64,000 bases of DNA. Origin: Spirochaetia bacterium (GTDB taxonomy: Bacteria > Spirochaetota > Spirochaetia > DSM-16054 > Sediminispirochaetaceae). The DNA lies in contig JAXHMY010000002.1 in NCBI GenBank assembly GCA_034520965.1, positions 416,001 through 480,000 on the forward strand, read 5' to 3'. Shown here piece by piece: positions 1 to 11,037 of this stretch. The notes beneath the pieces are model-generated. The model searched no databases. It had not been told where the DNA came from and saw only the letters and a program-made list of their open reading frames with translations. The first letter of the stretch is position 1. Every line of letters starts with the position of its first letter. The translations under genes were made by a program, and so were the position numbers.

Positions 1-1734
1 TATGAGCCCTGCGGTGCGTTTGAGCCACACATAGAAGAAATCGGAGAGCTCTGCGTACATCACGTTATCGTAGTACGGCGGGTCCATGACTACTGCATCT
101 ATAGATCCGTCCGGTATATGATCGAGCTGGTCGGCCGACTTTGCCGTTATGGTAACGGAGGGCGGTGTATATGAGTCGTTGTTGTCAAGGCTCAGTTGTG
201 CATCACTTTTTCGTAAGGCTTTGCCATCTATGTCAGGCCGTACGAGGTCGATGAGCTCTGCTACACTCTTTTCGGTTTGTTCAAAGGCCCAGTCACTTCC
301 CTTTTCATTAACAAGGGGTGATATTTCAGCATATGACCATTTAATTGGATATGCATGCTGTGTGAATGTGTGAGCCATAACTTCTCTGTTCGCATGCCAT
401 GTGCCCAACCGAGAGTTATAATCACAAAGTTTATCAATCGCTAATGCAACATAGAGAAATGCTGCTTTAGTTGGTTCAGTTAATTCGCCTGTTGTTCTTT
501 CCTCATTTAATATCTCTTGATATATTTCAACACTCACTGCATGGCTATAAAGTTGGCGCGTAGAAAATAGATCTCTCCAATTGTTTACTCCGTAAGCCTT
601 AATTCTGTCTGCATACATCGCATTGTATTTTTCATTTGGCAAATATTTTAGAGCTTCCCATTCTGGCAGTTTCTCCTGGAGTTCAGATTTCACATCTTCT
701 GTGAACATCATCTTTTGGGCTCCGGTAACGCGGTAAATCTTCGAACCCACTTTTCTTTTGCTTTGCCGGTCTTTGCATAGCTTAGCCTTCTTTCTTTATA
801 TACTATTGCATAGAGCTGTTCTCCCAGGTTTCCGGCCTTGGCCTGACGTTTGACTTCACCTCCATCGATAACGCGCTCACAATCCGGATAAGGGCAGGTG
901 GCATCACCGCTTTTAACTGTACCCGCACTCTGTTGAGTTTCTTTCTCTACAATTTCGAACTCACAAACTCGTCCCATGCTACCGGGACCATCTGCAGTAT
1001 GTGGCTTCAGACGAACTCCGGTGCCCCCCGGAGCAAGTCTCCAGTTTGGTGATAATGGAATAAGGCCTTTACAGTAAGGGCAGGTTATTGTGCGGGCCCA
1101 TATCCAATTTGTGGGTAATATATTTTCCATTGTTTCTGAAGGAAATAGGGTAGTTAACCGGTTTTCTCTACGCAGAAGGAACTCTTCTTTTAAGCGTTTA
1201 TATTCCCTGATAACCTCTCGTGGCTTAAAGGAAGGCATCTTTACAGTTGCTGTGAGAATAGTGACAGCTACAGGGTTAAGGTCATTGGCGAATACATCTA
1301 AATCTGCCCGATGTCCCTCAAAGGGTATGCTCCCGCCACCAGCAGTTGGGTCTAATAGTTTTCGTTTAGTACCAATGTTATCTTTGAACCATTTCTTTTC
1401 AGATTCATCCATTGAGTAAGAAAAAGCTCGAGGATATCCACAGAACCCTCCTTCCAACCGTTGACCAGTTTGTTTTTGCAACCGCAATCTTCTTTCTTTG
1501 AAGCAAGAGGGTCTCCATGTATTCCCAACGCATGCAAAAAAGCTTTTCTGTCTGCATCAGACGGAAGTAACGATGCAAGCACCGCAGCACGAGAGGCAAC
1601 GAGGGGACGACGAGCCCACCAAACATGGAGATAATAAATCGGAGGAAGCGCAGTCATCGATCTACGCTCGCGTGCGGATCTCCGCGCCGGTATCCCCAGA
1701 TAGGCATCCATTCTTCTATCAGTCGTCTATCCAT
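1..1734 (-). CDS. DUF1156-family adenine-specific DNA methyltransferase (runs off left edge; frameshifted)
   Basis: N-terminal LHVWWARRPLVASRA, motif-I-like DPTAGGGSIPFE, CPYC/CPYPDC zinc motifs, and catalytic DAVVMDPPYYDN read on the minus strand at ~61-100. Confidence 0.9.
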
Positions 1735-2194
1735 GGATAACCTCTTTTAAACTCAACTTCGGATCTATGAGCAGAAATCGCAATGCCATCAGAACTCTTC
1801 TTGGATTATTTCGGTACATCGCCATACCAAGCCAATAGGATGCCTCCTCGGCACTCATCTCTTCAATACCGTCGGCCACCTGCTTCATATTATCCCGGTT
1901 GCGCATAGGAGCAAGGGCACGAAACAGAAGCGCCAGTTGAAGCGCAGGAAGCTCCTTTATTGGAGTGCGGTGGGCCATTCCCGGTAGTATACCCTGAAGA
2001 GAAATTCCTCTTCTTCAGATAAGTGACGAAGCACCCGATGCTCCATAAGTGAAAGGTTGCGCCCGCGAAGACCGGCCAGGCGTCTGGGGGACTTCAAAGC
2101 GGGAGTAGCTATAGAAGGTAGTTGAAACACCTCGATCTCCAAATCGTTAGTCCCACGGAACGGAGACACGACGATATTGGGTTGCTTGTCTCAT
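1727..2194 (-). CDS. Small hypothetical protein occupying the DUF3780 slot of the DUF499/DUF1156 operon (frameshifted)
   Basis: ORF pieces 1957-2169 and 1727-1978 join; stop overlaps the methylase start; C-terminal EEASYWLGMA...RVLMALR. Confidence 0.7.
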
Positions 2195-2223
2195 CTTTAG
2201 TTGTGATTTTTATACCGGGTAGT

Positions 2224-5200
2224 TTACTCTTCATCGCTGAACTCCGCAGAAAGATGTACATTCGCCGCACCGAGACCTAACTTGGTGAGCGTAGTACTCA
2301 CAGTTTTCGATTCTTCCTCTGAGAGGTCCAGTGATTCAGAGAAAGTAACGGTAACAGACATATCAAAATCTTTTTCTTTTGCTGCTCGGAACTGTGTCTC
2401 AACGAACTCTCTCACTACCTGAGCATCCTGAAGATACCCGTCGAAATTGAAGGAAAGATTTGAAGAAGATTGAGACTCGTATGAGCCATCCATCACCACC
2501 TTCTTTTCCGCATTGGCAATTCCTCCGATGAGGCCGATCCCCTTGAAGGCGTCGGAGTCTCCGCGGAATTTTGATAGTCAGGCTTTTTACTTTTGCAGGC
2601 TTGCCATTTGGCTTTTCCTCCCACAATCTGGTCAAACACTCCTTCATAGTGCCGGTGAGGCGAAACGACGTAACCGTTGACGTCTCTGGAGTAGGCGTAC
2701 CTGAAGCGCCTCCAGATTCTCGTCCAGAAATCTCTTCCTCCTCATCTCCTCCGGTTGGGGGAGGAGTTTACGGACCGAGGCCAGATCTCATGTTCCCGCG
2801 CATAGTCTATTGTGTAGAGAAAGGCATTCTCATCAATCTCTATGGTGGCATACGGATCGCCCTGGCCGTAGAGTAAATCACCCTTCTGGTATACATATTC
2901 ACCATGTTCGACGCCGTTACGGATTCCCCGAATAAAGGTGTCGCTCCCAACAAGAATTGGAAGAACTGGATCGCGACGAAACTCTGCTCGGAGTCTGTGC
3001 TACTGATATCTTCCCGCTGCGAAGTGGTGTTTTATCACGAATGTAATCAGGCGAATCGGGATCATCACCGCTTACTCGCAATGTACCGAGGCTTCTCAGA
3101 AGCCTTTCGACTGGCTTATGTCCTTTCCCAGGATCTGCTGAGGATTCATCTTTTGAAATCACCGAATGTGCAAGATCGACACCAGCTCCATTCACACGAT
3201 CTTTTGAAGGATAAAAGAGATGTCGGTATGCCGCCTGTATTGTCACCGCTACTGCATGCTTGCTCGTTCGATAAAGCTCATCAACCTTTGCTGGTGAGGT
3301 TGAAGGAGCCCACGGCGATCGGGCTTTCTCATTTGTTCCAGAGCGAGCTGTCTGCGCATCGCCTCAAACATCGCCTCCCGTTGAGCTACATCAGCTACCA
3401 GAAAGAGGACATTGTTTCTGTTCTTCCGAAACTCATCGCTGGCGCCCTTTGAACGATACAAACGCTCTACGAGGTCCGGTACTTGAACGGAACTGCTTCC
3501 AATAGTTGCCGCATCGTATCCAAGGATAACCATGACAGGCTTCTCTGCATTCGGATCGTCAGGAACATCGGCTGGCGTAGCAGGGAAAAGTGAAAGTTCA
3601 AAGGAGGAGTGGGGACTCTGGAAGATCGTTCGAATCCGGTCGTTGAGCTCGTTTCTAACCGCTTCAGTTTCTACATTATCTCTGGCTTTCTCTGCGAATA
3701 AGCTGGTTGAGATTGATATCGGTGAGAAACCGCAACACCTTATCCCGCTTATCAAGATCGAGGTATCCTGACTCCTCCACAAACTTCTTGGCCGCATCAT
3801 CGATAAAACCAATATCGAGAGATGGGCCGACCATAGATAAGCGAAGATCGGTACGTTCGATACCTTGTAGTCTCTGATGATACGCAATGGTGTGAATAAA
3901 GATGGTACGTGCTATATACGTGGTATATGGAGGCAACCCGGCATATGAATCGGTATCTATTTTCTCGGCTATTGATGAAGGTTCGTGCTCTACAGCCTCT
4001 ACATCGCCGGAGACTGCAGGTGCATAGTCCGACTGGCCGAGCCGGGTAAAGATCTCTTGCCTGATATCCTTGTTCTTGAGACTGATATGATGGAGATGAA
4101 TCAAATGTACATCGTCCGGTTTCTTCTGCCATACATATCGGCAACGGTACGAGCCAGGAGACGCAACATTCCCCGGACTCTCTGAAAATCTTTAAGAGTA
4201 GATGTCTTTGAACGAAGGGTATTCAGAACTTCAGGATGAAACGGATAGTTCTTGCGCAGCAGTTCCAGCGTATCTGCTGTTTCCGCCTTCGCCGGGAGCA
4301 CTGACTCGTTGGCATTCCATATTTGTTTGTAGGTCGTCACTACCTCTTCGGCTCTCTCCATGTCTATGTGCTCGAACAAGCGCCTTCTCAGTACGTGTAT
4401 CGTCTCATCTTCCTCGGTCGGGTCCAAGAGTGTCGCCTTCCTTGCCGATACCGATTCCAACTCATCGAGAATGTCCGATACGATCCGGCTTCTATTCTCT
4501 CGATCCTCCTTCTGACATGCATCACTTGCTTTTCCCTTTTGATCGATAGCAAGAGTAAAGACAACACAAGCTCGTGGAGAGGATTCAACAGCCTTGAATA
4601 AAGCGGTTAGAAACGCGGTTATTTGATTGACTGCTTCAGCCGCTTCTATACTCTGGAGTTTCCGTAGATACACCGACAGCTCGTCGAGAAGAATCAATGT
4701 GGGTTTATCACCAATAAGCTCCTGTAGGGAACGACTGCCAGGAGCAGTCCTGCTGCTGTCGGCATTCTTTACCAAATTATACCCTTCGACTCCACCCAAT
4801 TTATACGCGATCTCTCCCCAAGGGGTGCGGGTGCGGATTCCATCTCCAAGCAGCACATCGTCTGTAGCACTTGCACTTTGTCCATCGTAGGCCGCTACAC
4901 GTATGTTTTCCTTAGGAAGAAGCTTTGAATCAATAAACTCTTCCAGTCTGTTAATGGTAGGTGCAGATTTGCAGATATGCGACAAGGCAATAAGGGCATG
5001 CGTCTTACCACCGCCGTAGCGTGTGTCCAGCCGGAAAATCGATCCGATCTGACTCGGGCTGGCAGTTAAGCGTGCGAACACACTCTCGAGCAGACGCTTT
5101 AATCCTCGTGTCGGGTGAGTATGAGCGAAGAATCGGTCCGGATCGAGATAGTCCGGAGGGGCTGTACCATCGAGTACCATTTCCAGGTCAGCTGCGTAAC

Positions 5201-5273
5201 TCGATTCAGAAACAGTCCCAGCAAGCACATCTGCACGAGGTTGGCATGTATCAAAGATTAAAGGAATGTTCAT
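2224..5273 (-). CDS. DUF499-family AAA+ ATPase (frameshifted into ~6 pieces)
   Basis: MNIPLIFDTCQPRADV...YAADL start, Walker A YGGGKTH, Walker B LILLDE, YPFHPE and FQRVRGMLRLLA motifs; in-line ORF fragments continue to 2224. Confidence 0.9.
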
Positions 5274-5324
5274 AACGTCTTACTTTTCCTTGTATTAAGT
5301 TTTCACAATCATTATATAATCTGT

Positions 5325-5353
5325 AGTATGAGCTGTTAAAGAATTGGTGTCAA
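5325..5353 (-). promoter_or_regulatory. Sigma70-type promoter for the DUF499 operon
   Basis: TTGACA-17 nt-CATACT on the minus strand, ~50 bp upstream of the ATG. Confidence 0.55.
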
Positions 5354-5436
5354 TGAAAGGAAAAGAGTAAACCCTGAGCAAATCTCTGAACTACTGAAGT
5401 AATATGTTCATATTACAGACAAATACACTAAGATCA

Positions 5437-5472
5437 CAAAAAGCAGGCCTGGGATGCTGTCTCGGCCTGCTT
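5437..5472 (-). terminator. Intrinsic terminator
   Basis: AAGCAGGCC...GGCCTGCTT hairpin followed by a T run on the minus strand, just after the stop at 5478. Confidence 0.7.
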
Positions 5473-5477
5473 TAGAA

Positions 5478-6180
5478 TCAATCATTGAAATGGTGAGAAA
5501 TAATTTCTTGCATCCTGTAGCGAGCCTGTGTTGATTTCACTTGGTGAGTGATGACTCCTGTAACAATCGACCAAAGTAGATAGGCAGTGAACTTTTTCCT
5601 TTGACGGCTTCCTACAGGTTCAAGTTTTCCTGTTGCATAGTTCTGATAATCCACTTGTTCGTATGAGTGCATTTGTTCGATGATTAGCTTTTTGTACCTC
5701 ATCACAAGTGTTTTCCAGAAGAAGTAGCCTAAAATAGGGATGCCTATCTTCCTGATTGAGCCTTTTATAGTTCGCTTTCAGTCCATCAATAGTAGCTACG
5801 ATGTTTTCAATGAAAGGTTCTCGAAGATCATTAAAATTAATTTCTTCACCTCTATGGAGAAATCGAATCTCATGGACCCGTTCTCCAATCATCACTCCGT
5901 TCCGACAGACAAAACGAAAGCCTCCATAGATAATACTAAAGGATGAGCTCTTATCATAGCAGTTGCGGATGATAAGACGTGGCACATATCCATCCTTCTT
6001 CGTTGTCCCTCCAGTGCAGTATTCCGTACCCCATCGTCAGGCGCGTTAAACCGGTAGTCTGGAAGTTGAATCTCATAGAAGAGCTTTCCACCTTTTCGGG
6101 AAAGGTCGCAGCGAATCTGCTTGCTGCGGATGTGAAGGTCTGCAAGTAGATGGTGAGTGAAATCGACTGCGGCTCGGTGC
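5478..6180 (-). pseudogene. DUF932-like mobile-element protein, 5'-truncated and frameshifted
   Basis: LIIRNCYDKSSSFSIIYGGFRFVCRNG...H resembles the DUF932 core (NS.DG....G.FR.VC.NG); no own start. Confidence 0.6.
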
Positions 6181-6381
6181 TTGAATAGTGATGTACTTCT
6201 TCGCTTGACCATCCATCGTTTTAATGGCGTCTAGATCGTTTTCTTCAATAGAATCTCTTTTCGCAGCCAGCTTTGGTTTATATGAGTCATTCCAACCCAT
6301 TTCCCAAAATCCTAGTTTATAGAAATCTTCTTTTTGATCTTCTCCTGACCAAGTGGCACCAACCACCCAGTACTTTGGCAA
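6180..6381 (-). pseudogene. Truncated McrB-N-terminal-like (PUA/EVE-like) protein
   Basis: AGGAG RBS + TTG; YWVVGATW...GFWEMGW...D.AIK resembles the N-terminal domain of McrB-like proteins; similarity stops at ~6180. Confidence 0.45.
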
Positions 6382-6461
6382 TACGTACTCCTTATGAAAA
6401 ACATCTTACTATTTCTCTCTAATTAAAAACTTAGAGTACTACGAACCCGTATCAAGCAATG

Positions 6462-8287
6462 TCACAGAAAGCCTTCCCGACCTTCATTTGGATTGCCGGT
6501 GAACACAGTCATTCGTATCCCATCCAGTACGAAATCGGGTGGATGCTGGTTTTCGACAATTACGATCTGGCTATCGGTACTATGGTGCTCGATAAGATAA
6601 GAATAAAAACTCTCTTTCAAATTGGTGCCTTGTAGTTGCCGATCTTCGTCGCCTTCCGGCTTGAAATAAGCGAGGAGTGGCGAGTCAAGCACAACAAAGC
6701 CAGGATGTGGCAGATCGTTTTCCAGGCAATACTCAAGCAATGCGATCGTTACCGCTGCGTGCGTAATAGCGCGAAGCCCCTTACCCCGGCTACCTCGCGG
6801 CTTTCCATCGATCACAAAATCGGTAGTTTCCTTGTCAAAATGAACTAGGCAGTCACCCGGAAAATCCCATGCATCCAGCAATTTGGAAACCCTAAGTGAA
6901 AAGTCGTGCGCAATAGAGTCAGGCAGGCCGGAGACGATAGCGCCAGAAGAACTTTCTTCGTTTTCATCCTGCTCTAAAGTTGTCCTGCGCTTTTCGAGCT
7001 TTACCACTCTAGCGTAAAGGTCGAGCACTTTCTGTACCTCAGCCCGCTTTTCAATAAGTTCCGAGAAAGATGCCCTTTCTTCACTCACCGTCGGCGCAAC
7101 GTTTTTGTTAATCTGGATGTTAACATTCTCATACTCTCTATTCTTATTTGATAACTCTTGTTCTAAAGAGACTTCCTCGGACTTTAAATCAGCAACAGTC
7201 GCTTGGAGCTCGCCCTTAAGCCGTGCTATTTTTTCAATTTCTGCGGTAGCCGCCTGAACGATCGCCTCAACATCCCCATCGCAGGCAACATCATGTTGTT
7301 GTGCTTCCGAGGTTGCTCCGCATAGAGGGCAAGGAACCGATTCCACGTGAGCAAACATCGCTCCATTTTCCTGTATTGCTGTTAGACGCTCAATATCGAC
7401 GGCATAGTGCTTCAGGAGCAGATCAAATCTCGTCAGCAAAACCGCAATTTCGTCCAGTCGGTTTTGAACCGCCGTCCGGACATCCACGAGCTCCCGCCGT
7501 TGCGCCAAAGAGAATCGAGCTGAGCTTGAATGCTCTTTAGATTTTCCCGGCGCTGCTCGATAGTCTCTTCAAGGCGACCAATCTGTTCTTTAAGGTCTGC
7601 CTCTTCTTCACCGACTTCTGCAATTTCCTGTCTGATTTCGGCCAGCAGTTCATCGATTAGTTCGATCTGTTTCGCACTATCTTTTTCAACCCTCGTTGTC
7701 TCAACAACATCGGAGTCATCCACGCCGGTAAGAAGAAGCTTTATCGTTGCCAACTCGGCAGTTTTCAAAGTGTATTGACCGCCCCAGAAAGGCGAGCCAG
7801 TTTGCTGAATCTCGCCTTCCTGGACAATCGAAAGTCTGGCCAGATTTCTGAAACTTAGACTCTGCGTCGTACCATTCCTCTTGCTGCGTAATACGCGTTT
7901 TCCAAGTAGCCCGATTTTAACAAGAAGGAATCCCGACATATTGTCGGTTTTGCCGTGACTATGCTCTTTTCTGAGAACTTCAATTTCGGCTTCCTCATTG
8001 AGCAGATTCAGGACCTTGAAGTTTCCGCCCGAACTCGCACGATAGACCCTCCATTTCTCGTCGGAGGTCACATCAAAGTCAAGCTGGACTTCTCCGAACG
8101 GGGTTCGCTCCGGAATATCTCTTAGTTCAGACCCTCCAAGCATGAAATCAATCGATTCAGCAAGGAATGACTTCCCTGTATCAGATGCGCCGCAAATCAC
8201 ATTTACGCCGTTCGAGAATGTCATCTCGGACATTTTCTTGGGGCCGGAAAAAGCGATCCGTCGCAGTTGGAGGTAACTTTTGCTCAT
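6462..8287 (-). CDS. SMC-like ABC ATPase of an ABC three-component/Lamassu-type system (one frameshift ~7500)
   Basis: Walker A GASDTGKS, coiled coils, CPLC hook, GKGLRA signature, Walker B VVLDSP, IVIVEN. Confidence 0.88.
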
Positions 8288-8778
8288 TGTTTACCTCGCG
8301 GTCTATCTATGGCCTGGAACTGGCTTGACCAATTCTCAAACAACCGATGCATCATTTGTCGTATCTCCGATGTTGCCACACCAGCAAATCGTTCGACCGC
8401 CCATTGCGCACGCTCTTTAAGCCTCTGAGAATAGGTGGATGTAAACGAGGCGAGAAACGGCGCAGCCGCGTCTCCGGCGATGTAGTCAAAACCGTCTTCT
8501 GTGGGTATTTGCTGTATGAGGTTCCGGCTTCTCATCAAAAGAAGGCCTTTTTCAATCAGCTCGCGGCGAACCAGCAATTCTCCCGCCCTCATAGGCAGGT
8601 CCGCGTGAAGACTTTCAGGTCCATCGGCATCACCGGAATGAACGACAAGATAATCCATTTCGACCAGCCTTTCGAGGTCGAGAGCTTCCGGATAGGCAGC
8701 GACCAGAAGCTCCAGGGAGCGGATACCGGTCTCTAGTGGACTGTTGAATGGTGCTGGGCGTGAGTAGTTAGTCATCAT
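8284..8778 (-). CDS. ABC three-component system middle component (LmuC-like)
   Basis: PFNSPLETGIRSL...DYLVVHSGD...LH motif; overlaps both neighbours. Confidence 0.85.
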   Translation of the reverse strand: MMTNYSRPAPFNSPLETGIRSLELLVAAYPEALDLERLVEMDYLVVHSGDADGPESLHADLPMRAGELLVRRELIEKGLLLMRSRNLIQQIPTEDGFDYIAGDAAAPFLASFTSTYSQRLKERAQWAVERFAGVATSEIRQMMHRLFENWSSQFQAIDRPRGKQ

Positions 8779-9865
8779 CCATCACCCATTTAAGACGATC
8801 TTCATTTGCAAGCTGATGGCAGATACCCTGCCGGTCTTGCGACTTGGTTACTGACGCAAGTGGATTTGCGGTCAATGCGACAGATGATGCCTGCGCCACT
8901 GTCGCTTTCATCCTTTTGTACCCGTTGGGATAGCTTGAGTCCGTAACATCAACAACGCCGTGATAAACCTCGTCCTGAAGATAATCGAAGGTCCCTTCTG
9001 GGACCGTGTCTCTGGCGAAGTTTCTTAATGCCTCAGCATGATAGAAGCGCTCACGTTGCCTCCTGTAATCCTTTTCCAACATGCTGTGTGCAACGAGTGC
9101 GCTCATATCTCGGATCGGAATGCCTAAATGATCTCCATAAGCTTCAAGGAGCTGACGGATATACCGACTCTCGGATGCCGCAGGGACAGCAGGAGGCTCT
9201 TCGGGATCTGGCCGTACAGGCAGTCCGCCTCCAAACCGGACCGAGTGAAATCCGGTATGGCTATGCGCTTCAATCAGCTCAACGTGTGACTTTGATGAGA
9301 AGATCGTAAAATCAAAAGCGTCCACATATGACAGCAGCTTTCCGCTGAGCTCGATTTCATTAGTTGAGGTGATTCCGATTTTACAGTACCCATCCCAATG
9401 TTCCTTGAATTGATCTCTAAGCTCGGTAGGCTTATTTAGAAGTTTTTCTAATGCTGTTCCGACATCGAGAGGTGCCACAAAATAATGCTTTCGTGGTGGT
9501 GTATATTCGCCGATGTGCGAGTAATAAATGATCTTACCCAGTTCAACCCAAATGTCGCTTGGTCGCAAAGGGTGCGCATAACGCTTGCATTGGTAATTGT
9601 CCCACGTATCTTCAAAACCTTTACTGGTGCAAAATCCAGCGATATCGACACCGCAATCACCTGAGCCACCAAAACGACGAACCTTGATATATGAGTCTAC
9701 AAGACTGGTTGACCATTCCTCGATAAAATCTTCCCAATCATCAGGGCTGAAATTCTTGACACGGATCGCTTTGGGAATGGGAATACCTGATTGCACATGA
9801 GCAGTAGAAGGTGTAGCTGTTGGCGACTTAGGCCTTATCTCTTTTAGATCGGTCTCAGATATCAT
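8768..9865 (-). CDS. ABC three-component effector: PD-(D/E)xK restriction-endonuclease-like domain plus C-terminal domain (alternative start 9940)
   Basis: WEDF...GGSGDCGVDI...YQCKRY nuclease motif; C-terminal DRQGICHQLANE. Confidence 0.85.
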   Translation of the reverse strand: MISETDLKEIRPKSPTATPSTAHVQSGIPIPKAIRVKNFSPDDWEDFIEEWSTSLVDSYIKVRRFGGSGDCGVDIAGFCTSKGFEDTWDNYQCKRYAHPLRPSDIWVELGKIIYYSHIGEYTPPRKHYFVAPLDVGTALEKLLNKPTELRDQFKEHWDGYCKIGITSTNEIELSGKLLSYVDAFDFTIFSSKSHVELIEAHSHTGFHSVRFGGGLPVRPDPEEPPAVPAASESRYIRQLLEAYGDHLGIPIRDMSALVAHSMLEKDYRRQRERFYHAEALRNFARDTVPEGTFDYLQDEVYHGVVDVTDSSYPNGYKRMKATVAQASSVALTANPLASVTKSQDRQGICHQLANEDRLKWVMDDD

Positions 9866-9967
9866 CCAATATTTCCATTTGTCCTCACAGGGTGAAACGT
9901 TTTTCCAAGCAAACGAAGAGGCAATTGCACATGGTTTCATTATGTTCTCTTTAAGACATCATTAACT

Positions 9968-10102
9968 ACATAACGTTAACCTGAGTTGCCTGACGTTGTT
10001 ACTCTATAACTCATATTCTTACACCAGTGTACACCCGGTTTTTCAAATCAACAAACGCTTTTCACTAATTACCGCCAGGACAACTCCAAGTGATTGTTAG
10101 CT
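9968..10102 (-). mobile_element. Integron attC-like recombination site (135 bp)
   Basis: Minus strand: R'' AGCTAAC, 5-nt spacer, CTTGGAGTTG-T-CCTGGCG ... CGTCAGG-CAACTCAGG, spacer, R' GTTATGT; arms pair leaving an unpaired G and T. Confidence 0.7.
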
Positions 10103-10558
10103 CCCTTGGCGCAGGCCATATGTTTTATATGCCGAAAGGCGAATTCTATTGAGGATCGTTCACCTTACCGAAATGTCGTGAAGTCAATAATGAAATGGTA
10201 GATAGCAAATTTAGTAAATGTGCATTCAAAATCGCGGGTAAAGCGTTCGACTATCCTACTTTATAAATTATAAAATTATTGGTCATATGTTTGATGTCCT
10301 TATTTCGTATGCCGTCCTTTTATCGTACACAAGTGGAGCTAACATGTTACTTGTTTTCTAATAAAGCATACTATACTGAAAGATTAACTACAGCATATTT
10401 TTCAATTGTTCAATCCTCCTCTTTCTCCAGTCGAACCACGTATGGTTCGACACGATAAACTCGCCTGGTATTACATTTAACGTCCCGCTGACCTTACTCT
10501 CGGATTCTGTCCAGAATGCTGAAAGACTTTATGGCTAACGGACGCTTTAGAGCCGCAG

Positions 10559-10858
10559 CTGACTTCTGCAAGAATGCCGCTGTAAAAAAACCGAGGAAAT
10601 AAATGCGTCAAAGGTCAGGTCTGCAGACGAGTAAACCACGGATGAGCTTTCCGGCTGGTTTAGGAAGTCAGACCACACACTCGCCGCGCAGACGGTCCTC
10701 GAACTGTCTGCGCGGCGAGTATATAGTCTGAGCTTAAAGTTCACGAAAACAGTGTACTCGTCTGCAACTAACCTTTGACGCATTATTCCTCGGTTTTACA
10801 GCGGCATTCTTCAGAAGTCAGACCACACACTCGCCGCGCAGACGGTCCTCGAACTGTC
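10559..10858. repeat. Long nested imperfect inverted repeat plus exact 45-bp direct repeat
   Basis: Arms 10559-10636/10753-10821 and 10665-10696/10703-10735; 10664-10708 is identical to 10814-10858. Confidence 0.9.
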
Positions 10859-11037
10859 CAGCTGGTCGAAAAATGGCAATACTCTGGAAAATGTACAGTT
10901 AATTTTGGATAGAAAAACGGTATTACAGCGGTATACAGTTAGTAATGAATAGTAACATCAGTACACGAACGGTTGATTTATTTCCCTATGTGCATTACAA
11001 TTATATACAGTGAGAAACGCCGGAGCACAAAATAGAT

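Noticed and set aside
6381..9974. Whole ABC-3C operon as one intact integron cassette
   Set aside because: No matching ACATAAC R'' or second attC seen after the ATPase stop
10547..10783. 78-aa minus-strand ORF
   Set aside because: Lies wholly within the palindrome; no RBS or motifs
10664..10858. CRISPR array from the 45-bp direct repeat
   Set aside because: Only two copies, 105-bp spacer that is part of the palindrome, and no cas genes
10533..10870. Retron msr-msd
   Set aside because: No reverse transcriptase recognisable in the window
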